DNA from: an uncultured delta proteobacterium
GTDB taxonomy: Bacteria; Desulfobacterota; Binatia; DP-6
Length of the DNA stretch: 64,000 bases
NCBI GenBank assembly: GCA_963815115.1
Contig: CAWFFN010000009.1
Coordinates: 1,632,001 to 1,696,000 of the forward strand
Reading direction: 5' to 3'
Under the pieces are notes generated by a model that was given only the letters and a program-made list of their open reading frames with translations, had not been told where the DNA came from and searched no databases. Of this stretch, positions 51,356 through 64,000 are shown one piece after another (within the stretch, counting starts at the first letter, position 1; each line of letters starts with the position of its first letter). The position numbers and the translations under genes are program-made.

Positions 51356-52702
51356 TCATGCCGGGACGGCGCCTTCCGTCGCGGTGCTCTCGACGTCGAG
51401 ATACACTTCTCGTGCGTCGGGATCGTAGCCGAGGAGTTCGCCGTATCGCCCCCACGAGACGATGGTCTCGAAGAGGGCTTCGGGCGGCTCTTCGGGGAGA
51501 TGCATCGCCAGGTCTTCCTCGATGACCTCGGCCGGTAACCGCATCTCGGGTGCGCGGCGCAACGCATCGACGACGTAGGCGAAGGTCGGGATCGACTGCA
51601 GCTGGCGATGGAACACGCGCTTGCGGCCGTTGGTGTCGGCCGCCACGAACGTCTGTCCGAGGGGCGTGAGGTTCACCTCCTGCCTCGGGGTGTCCACCAG
51701 CTCGAGCAGCTCGGCCGCCTTGACCACCACGACCGCCAGCCCGAACTCGATGCGAAGACGAGAGGTGAGCGCGAACAGCTGGGTTCTGTCGCCCTGGTCG
51801 TGGACGACCTCCAGCAACCCGACGATCTGCTCCACCTGGGCAGGCGGCAGCGGCTCGAGATGCGGTCGGCGCGGCCGCACGAGCTTCGGCTCGGGCGCGT
51901 CCGGGAGGTGGATCTCCGTGATCGCCGCGTGGATCCGATCGACCAGCGCAATGAAGGCCGGGCTGCGATACTCGCGCGGGTGGGGGAGCGCGTTGTCGAG
52001 CACCTCGCGGATTGCTCCCGGGTTCGTGCCCATGATCACGATGCGATCGCCCAGGAACACCGCCTCCTCGATGAGATGCGTGATGAGGAGCATGCCCTGC
52101 AGACCGAGGTCGCCGCGCGTCCAGAGCCCGTACACCTCGGACCGCAAGGTCTCGGCCGTCAGCACGTCGAGCGCGGAGAACGGCTCGTCCATGCAGAGCA
52201 GCTCCGGCCCTCCGACGAGCGCCCGGGCGATGCCCACGCGCTGCTTCATCCCGCCGGAGAGCTCCTTCGGATACGCCTCCTCGAACCCCTCCAGCCCGAC
52301 GAGATCGATGGCGCGGCGGATGCGGTCGGCCGCCTCGGGGCCTCGGATGGCGGCGCGATGGAGGCCGACGTCGACGTTCTCCGTCACGGTCAGCCAGGGA
52401 TAGAGCGCGAAGCTCTGGAAGACGATCGCCGCGTCCCGATCCACGCCGCGGAGCGGAAGGCCGTGACGCTGCACGTCGCCGGTCGTCGGAGTGATGAGAC
52501 CGGTCATGATGCGCAGGAGCGTCGATTTGCCGCAGCCGGAGGGGCCGAGCACCACGGTGACCTCGCCCGCCTGGATGGCCAGGCTGACGTCCCGCAACAC
52601 CAGCAGCTCGCGGCCGTCTCGCTGGAACCGATGGGAGACGTTCACCACCTCCACCAGCGCGGAGCTGCCTGTGGTGGTGCGAGCTGCGTCGTCGCGGATC
52701 AT
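51356..52702 (-). CDS. NitT/TauT-family ABC ATPase with C-terminal AAA-associated domain
   Basis: [17 protein letters not shown] and MDEPFSALD; C-domain [15 protein letters not shown]. Confidence 0.92.
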   Translation of the reverse strand: MIRDDAARTTTGSSALVEVVNVSHRFQRDGRELLVLRDVSLAIQAGEVTVVLGPSGCGKSTLLRIMTGLITPTTGDVQRHGLPLRGVDRDAAIVFQSFALYPWLTVTENVDVGLHRAAIRGPEAADRIRRAIDLVGLEGFEEAYPKELSGGMKQRVGIARALVGGPELLCMDEPFSALDVLTAETLRSEVYGLWTRGDLGLQGMLLITHLIEEAVFLGDRIVIMGTNPGAIREVLDNALPHPREYRSPAFIALVDRIHAAITEIHLPDAPEPKLVRPRRPHLEPLPPAQVEQIVGLLEVVHDQGDRTQLFALTSRLRIEFGLAVVVVKAAELLELVDTPRQEVNLTPLGQTFVAADTNGRKRVFHRQLQSIPTFAYVVDALRRAPEMRLPAEVIEEDLAMHLPEEPPEALFETIVSWGRYGELLGYDPDAREVYLDVESTATEGAVPA

Positions 52703-52830
52703 GCGCGTCCATCCGATCGCGTCGGGGTCTTGTATCCCGCCGAGCCGATTGCGAGAAACCGCTCGCCAGGGTCGTCATCGGCATGGACGGCTTCAAAGCG
52801 ATGGCTGCGGCCCCTCGTTCCTGAAGCTCC

Positions 52831-52866
52831 TGCATCCTGCACGATCGCGTATTGCAGCCTGCACGA
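52831..52866. promoter_or_regulatory. Tandem TGCA-N3-TGCA enhancer-like boxes, 22 bp apart
   Basis: TGCATCCTGCACGA at 52831 and TGCAGCCTGCACGA at 52853, upstream of the kdp3 sigma-54 promoter. Confidence 0.65.
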
Positions 52867-52906
52867 GCGGAAGGGCCTCGGGCCCGGATCCGCGGGCTTG
52901 ACGCCA

Positions 52907-52921
52907 TGGCACGGGGGGTGC
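52907..52921 (+). promoter_or_regulatory. Sigma-54 promoter of kdp operon 3
   Basis: TGGCACG-GGGG-GTGC. Confidence 0.7.
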
Positions 52922-52931
52922 TCTCACCGGC

Positions 52932-53105
52932 ATGACCTTCTCGGCGATCGTCTGGGGGCTTCTGGCGCTGGCATACGGTGTGAGCACGATCCAGCTCTTT
53001 CGCCAGGGGTGGGAGAGCCCGCCCCGGGGCCGGGTCCTGCCCTTCGTCCGCAACGCCTCGCCGCCGAGGGTAGTGCACCACCAACACACCCTGACAGCCG
53101 CTTGA
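52932..53105 (+). CDS. 57-aa single-TM small protein, first gene of kdp3 (possibly leaderless)
   Basis: MTFSAIVWGLLALAYGVSTIQLFRQGWESPPRGRVLPFVRN..; aligns with 28881-29093; ATG lies near the expected +1. Confidence 0.6.
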   Translation: MTFSAIVWGLLALAYGVSTIQLFRQGWESPPRGRVLPFVRNASPPRVVHHQHTLTAA

Positions 53106-53116
53106 AGGACCCTGCG

Positions 53117-53197
53117 ATGGACCTCGTCTGCCTCGCCCTCGCCGGTGGCTTCCTCGCCCTGTCGTGGGGCCTCGTCGTCCTCTGCGAGCGTCTCTGA
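53117..53197 (+). CDS. 26-aa TM microprotein upstream of kdpF3
   Basis: MDLVCLALAGGFLALSWGLVVLCERL; SD AAGGA. Confidence 0.8.
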   Translation: MDLVCLALAGGFLALSWGLVVLCERL

Positions 53198-53210
53198 AGG
53201 AGCACACCGG

Positions 53211-53300
53211 ATGACCCTGCTCTACGCCATCGGCGGAGTACTCTCCGTCGGCCTCCTCCTCTACCTCTTCGTCGCGCTCCTGGCGCCCGAGCGATTCTGA
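53211..53300 (+). CDS. kdpF: K+-transporting ATPase subunit F (operon 3)
   Basis: [29 protein letters not shown]; TGATG overlap with kdpA. Confidence 0.92.
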   Translation: MTLLYAIGGVLSVGLLLYLFVALLAPERF

Positions 53301-55102
53301 TGACGGCGAACGGCTTCTTCCAGGTCGCGCTCTACGTGGTCGTCCTCACCGCGCTCGCCAAGCCGCTCGGCAGCTACATGGCGCGGGTCTTCGACGGGCC
53401 GCCGATGCTCCTCGACCGGCTCCTCGGACCCGTGGAACGCCTCTGCTACCGGCTCGGCGGCGTCGACCCCGACCAGGGGATGACGTGGCGCACGTACGCG
53501 ATCGCGATGCTGCTCTTCAACTTCGCCGGGCTGCTCGTCGTCTACCTCCTGCAGCGCCTCCAGGGCGCCCTGCCGCTCAACCCGCAGGGCCTGGGGGCGG
53601 TGTCCGCCGACTCGTCGTTCAACACCGCGGTGAGCTTCGCCACCAACACGAACTGGCAGGGCTACGGCGGCGAGACCACGATGAGCTACCTCACCCAGAT
53701 GCTCGGGCTGACGGTGCAGAACTTCGTGTCTGCCGCGGCGGGCATCGCGACGCTCGTCGCCTTCATTCGCGGCTTCCGGCAGCGCCAGTCCGAGCACATC
53801 GGCAACTTCTGGGTGGACCTCGTGCGCAGCACGCTCTACATCCTGCTGCCGCTCTCGCTCGTGCTCGCGCTCGTCCTCGTCTCGCAGGGGGTCATCCAGA
53901 ACTTCGACAGCTACCGGACCGTGCAGCTCGTCCAGCCGACCACCGCGACGACCCCGGTGAAGGACGCCGACGGCAACCCGGTGCTCGACGAGCAGGGGCA
54001 GCCGAAGACCGAGACGGCGCCGGTGACCGAGCAGCTCCTGCCGATGGGGCCGGCGGCGTCGCAGATCGCCATCAAGCAGCTCGGCACCAACGGCGGCGGG
54101 TTCTTCAACGTCAACTCCGCGCACCCCTTCGAGAACGCGACACCGCTCTCCAACTTCTTCGAGGTCCTGGCGATCCTCGTGATCTCGGGCGCGCTCTGCT
54201 ACACGTTCGGCCGGATGGTCGGCGACACGCGCCAGGGCTGGGCGGTGCTCGCCGCGATGATCGTCATCTTCGTCGCCATGCTCGCGCTCTGCGAGTGGGC
54301 CGAGTACGCCGGCAATCCCCGCTTCACGCCGCTCGGGGTCGACCAGACCGCGAGCGCGCTCGCGCCGGGCGGCAACATGGAGGGCAAGGAGGTGCGGTTC
54401 GGCATCGCCAACTCCGCCCTCTGGGCCACCGCCACCACGGGCGCCTCGAACGGCTCGGTCAACTCGATGCACGACTCCTTCACGCCGCTGGGCGGCCTCG
54501 TCCCGCTGTTCATGATGCAGCTCGGCGAGGTGATCTACGGCGGCGTCGGCTCGGGGCTCTACGGCATGCTGGTCTTCGCCATCATCGCGGTCTTCGTGGC
54601 GGGGCTCATGGTGGGACGCACTCCCGAGTATCTCGGCAAGAAGATCGAGGCCTACGAGATGAAGATGGCCTCGCTGGTCATCCTGCTGCCGCCGCTCATC
54701 GTGCTGGTCTGCACGGCGATCGGGGCGGTGGCCCCCGCCGGGCTCGCCGGCCGCGCCAACCCCGGTCCGCACGGATTCAGCGAGATCCTCTACGCGTTCA
54801 GCTCGATGGGCAACAACAACGGCAGCGCCTTCGCCGGTCTCAGCGCCAACGTGCCCTTCTACAACCTCCTCGGCGGTATCGCCATGCTGATCGCGCGCTA
54901 CTGGCTCGCCATCCCCACGCTCGCCATCGCCGGCTCGCTGGCGCGGAAGAAGATCGTACCGCCGAGCCCCGGCACGCTGCCCACGCACACCCCGCTCTTC
55001 GTCGCGATGCTGGTCGGGGTCGTCATCATCGTCGGCGCGCTCACCTTCATCCCGGCGCTCGCGCTGGGGCCGATCGTCGAGCACCTCCTGCTGACCGCCT
55101 GA
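53300..55102 (+). CDS. kdpA: K+-transporting ATPase subunit A (operon 3)
   Basis: Canonical NTNWQ, GTNGGG, ASNGS and NNGSA; close paralog of KdpA1. Confidence 0.97.
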   Translation: MTANGFFQVALYVVVLTALAKPLGSYMARVFDGPPMLLDRLLGPVERLCYRLGGVDPDQGMTWRTYAIAMLLFNFAGLLVVYLLQRLQGALPLNPQGLGAVSADSSFNTAVSFATNTNWQGYGGETTMSYLTQMLGLTVQNFVSAAAGIATLVAFIRGFRQRQSEHIGNFWVDLVRSTLYILLPLSLVLALVLVSQGVIQNFDSYRTVQLVQPTTATTPVKDADGNPVLDEQGQPKTETAPVTEQLLPMGPAASQIAIKQLGTNGGGFFNVNSAHPFENATPLSNFFEVLAILVISGALCYTFGRMVGDTRQGWAVLAAMIVIFVAMLALCEWAEYAGNPRFTPLGVDQTASALAPGGNMEGKEVRFGIANSALWATATTGASNGSVNSMHDSFTPLGGLVPLFMMQLGEVIYGGVGSGLYGMLVFAIIAVFVAGLMVGRTPEYLGKKIEAYEMKMASLVILLPPLIVLVCTAIGAVAPAGLAGRANPGPHGFSEILYAFSSMGNNNGSAFAGLSANVPFYNLLGGIAMLIARYWLAIPTLAIAGSLARKKIVPPSPGTLPTHTPLFVAMLVGVVIIVGALTFIPALALGPIVEHLLLTA

Positions 55103-55119
55103 CGCGCGAGGGAACCGAG

Positions 55120-57210
<2,091 letters not shown>

Positions 57211-57225
57211 TCGGAGATCGTTCTC

Positions 57226-57798
57226 ATGTCACAGGAGCTGAGACCCGCCATCGTCCTTCTCGCGCTGCTCACGCTGATCACGGGCGTCGTCTACCCGCTG
57301 GTCGTCACCGTCGTCGCGCAGGTCGCCTTCCCGAGGCAGGCCAATGGCAGCCTGGTCGTCCGCGGCGACGGCGTCGTGGGCTCCGCGCTCATCGGCCAGC
57401 CGTTCGACGACCCGAGGTACTTCTGGGGCCGGCCGTCCGCCACGGCGCCGTTCGCATACAACGCCGGCGCGTCGTCGGGCTCCAACCTCGGTCCGCTGAA
57501 TCCGGCGTTGACGGACGCCGTGAAGGCGCGGGTGGACGCGCTGCGCGCTGCCGACCCCGGGAACCAGAGCCCGATCCCCGTGGATCTCGTGACGGCGTCG
57601 GGCAGCGGGCTCGATCCCCACATCAGCCCCGCCGCGGCCGCCTGGCAGGTGCCGCGGGTGGCGCGGGCACGCGGGCTCGACGCGGCCACCGTCGAGGCCC
57701 TGGTCGAGCGCAACACCGAGGGACGCCAGTGGGGCTTTCTCGGGGAGGCGCGGGTCAACGTCCTGGGGCTCAACCTGGCGCTGGATGCGCGGCGCTAG
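57226..57798 (+). CDS. kdpC: K+-transporting ATPase subunit C (operon 3)
   Basis: [14 protein letters not shown] and [15 protein letters not shown]. Confidence 0.95.
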   Translation: MSQELRPAIVLLALLTLITGVVYPLVVTVVAQVAFPRQANGSLVVRGDGVVGSALIGQPFDDPRYFWGRPSATAPFAYNAGASSGSNLGPLNPALTDAVKARVDALRAADPGNQSPIPVDLVTASGSGLDPHISPAAAAWQVPRVARARGLDAATVEALVERNTEGRQWGFLGEARVNVLGLNLALDARR

Positions 57799-57821
57799 CC
57801 CGGCTGGTATGTCCGGGAGAA

Positions 57822-58877
57822 GTGGGAGCCGAGCCCCTACCTCGAGCGAGCGCCGCGGGTGGCACGGGTCGGACGTTCCCCGCGTGGGTGCTGTGGTCGG
57901 TCCTCGCGCTGATCGCGCTGGGCGGCTCCCTGGTGCTGAGCGAAGCCTTCCTGCGCTCGCAGGGCGTCCTGCCGGGACGCGACATGTTTGCCCGCGAGCC
58001 GGTGATGATGGAGCCCGATCCCGTTCTCGGGTGGCGGAACCGGCCGGGGCACTACGTCTATCCCGGCTACAGCGCCGACGTGGAATCGATCGCGGTCACC
58101 ATCTGGCCGGATGGCCGTCGAGCGACGCGCGCGCGGCAGGAGGGTCCGGCGGACAGCGTCGTGCTGCTCGGCGATTCCCTCACCATGGGATGGGCGGTGT
58201 CGGACGAGGAGACCTTCGGGTGGCAGCTGCAGGACCGCCTGCCGGGACTGGACGTGCGGAACCACGGCGTCGCAGGCTACGGGACGTACCAGTCGCTGCT
58301 GCTGATGCGGAAGCTCCTGGCCGAGGGCCAGCGCCCGCGGCTGATCCTCTACGGCTTCATCAATGATCACGAGCATCGCAACGTCGCCGACTACCGCTGG
58401 CTGCGGGCGCTCACCGTTCGCTCCTCGATGCTGCGTCTCTCCGTGCCGTATTCCCTGCTGGGTCGCGACGGAACGCTCGAGGAGCACGCGCCCGAACCCT
58501 CGCCCGTCTGGCCGTTGCGGCGCTGGCTGTCGTCGGCGGTCGCGCTGGAGGATCTCCAGGTGCGCGGCTTGACCGCGGGCCGGTTCGACCACGCCGAGCG
58601 CGTGACCGAGCTCCTCCTCGAGGAGATGGACCGCGAGGCGCGGAGCCACGGAGCTCGCTTCGCGGTCGTCGTTCTCACGGGGGCCCCCGACCGGTTGCGC
58701 CACTACCAGGAATTCCTGGCGAGCCGTGGCATCTCCCTGATCGATTGCGGTCGCCCCTTGCTGCCGGCGATGACGGTCCGGGGCGAGGGACATCCCAACC
58801 GGCTCATGCACGAGCAGTGGGCTGCGTGCCTGGCCGAGGCCCTGCATCGCGACTGGCCGGCGGGTGCGGCCCGCTAG
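57822..58877 (+). CDS. Membrane-anchored SGNH/GDSL hydrolase-like protein
   Basis: N-terminal TM, DPVLGW, LGDSLTMG (block I), GVAGYG (block II), ND (block III) and EGHPN (block V); start uncertain. Confidence 0.8.
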   Translation: MGAEPLPRASAAGGTGRTFPAWVLWSVLALIALGGSLVLSEAFLRSQGVLPGRDMFAREPVMMEPDPVLGWRNRPGHYVYPGYSADVESIAVTIWPDGRRATRARQEGPADSVVLLGDSLTMGWAVSDEETFGWQLQDRLPGLDVRNHGVAGYGTYQSLLLMRKLLAEGQRPRLILYGFINDHEHRNVADYRWLRALTVRSSMLRLSVPYSLLGRDGTLEEHAPEPSPVWPLRRWLSSAVALEDLQVRGLTAGRFDHAERVTELLLEEMDREARSHGARFAVVVLTGAPDRLRHYQEFLASRGISLIDCGRPLLPAMTVRGEGHPNRLMHEQWAACLAEALHRDWPAGAAR

Positions 58878-58925
58878 CGCCGCCGCTGGTGGAAGCGTCG
58901 CCGGCGCGGTGACACACTAGGTCAG

Positions 58926-61953
<3,028 letters not shown>

Positions 61954-61962
61954 GGGGGAGCG

Positions 61963-63301
<1,339 letters not shown>

Positions 63302-63398
63302 GCGCCGGCGAAGCGCCGCGGCCGGCTTGACAGGGCGACGCGCACGGCGGCATCGGTGAGCCGCGCACGGCCCGCGTGCCGCGGAAGGGGGGCCCAGC

Positions 63399-64000
63399 AT
63401 GGCAAGCGCCGATCGCTACGCCGTACCCGTCGACCAGCTCGAGTGGTCGATTCCCGGAGCGTTCGATACGGTCTTCGAGTGGGAATACGAGGAGGGTGCC
63501 CAGGCGCTGCGGCGACTCTACGAGAAGGGCAAGAACCTGCAGTGGAACGCGACCTCGCGCATCGACTGGTCGCAGGACCTCGACCCCGAAAACCCCCAGG
63601 GCTTGCCCGACGAGGCGATCGTCATCTTCGGATCGCCGGTGTGGCAGCGCCTGACCGCGAAGGAGCGCGCCACGGTGCGCCACCACATCCAGGCCTGGTC
63701 GAACTCCCAGTTCCTGCACGGCGAGCAGGGCGCGCTGGTGTGCACGGCCAAGATCGTCCAGCAGGTGCCGAGCATCGACGCCAAGTTCTACGCCGCCACC
63801 CAGGTGATGGACGAGGCGCGGCACGTCGAGGCCTACGCCCGCCTGCTGCACGAGAAGTTCGAGCTGGCGTACCCGATCACGCCGCCGCTGCAGCGCCTGC
63901 TGAACGACGTGCTCAGCGACTCGCGCTGGGACATGACCTATCTCGGGATGCAGGTGCTGGTCGAGGGCCTGGCGCTGGCGGCCTTCGCCAACATCCGCGA
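63399..64000 (+). CDS. Ferritin-like diiron protein (AurF-like family), runs off the window end
   Basis: Manual translation: LYEKGK..QW, SQFLHGEQGAL, QVMDEARHVE and QVLVEGLA. Confidence 0.85.
   Translation, partial: MASADRYAVPVDQLEWSIPGAFDTVFEWEYEEGAQALRRLYEKGKNLQWNATSRIDWSQDLDPENPQGLPDEAIVIFGSPVWQRLTAKERATVRHHIQAWSNSQFLHGEQGALVCTAKIVQQVPSIDAKFYAATQVMDEARHVEAYARLLHEKFELAYPITPPLQRLLNDVLSDSRWDMTYLGMQVLVEGLALAAFANIR

Overview
High-GC (roughly 70%) bacterial DNA. Gene content (Cys-rich and FG-GAP secreted proteins, many GMC and FAD oxidoreductases, sigma-54 regulators) suggests a soil Deltaproteobacteria-like or Binatota genome; this is an inference. Bases 1-26.5 kb hold ordinary metabolic and secreted-protein genes, a possible decayed attC cassette patch (about 8 kb) and an arsS plus glycosyltransferase pair. 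Bases 26.6-63.3 kb form a ~37 kb cation-homeostasis island with three kdpFABC operons, each preceded by an unannotated Cys-[DE]-Arg microprotein gene. The middle Kdp has an unusually acidic KdpA selectivity filter and lies just upstream of mgtA-mgtC-VIT1-MnoP-like porin genes, which follow a highly structured leader that does not match the M-box. Six sigma-54 -24/-12 promoter motifs and TGCA-N3-TGCA enhancer-like boxes link the island to a KdpD-PAS kinase paired with an NtrC/AlgB-type activator instead of KdpE. A GAFTGA-less paralog of that activator, a P-II protein and further small membrane proteins appear to be co-regulated. Dense +1 indels at 59.7-63.3 kb, a frameshift in one GMC gene and a TAG in kdpB3 may be sequencing errors. 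No rRNA, tRNA, CRISPR array, transposase or integrase was seen.
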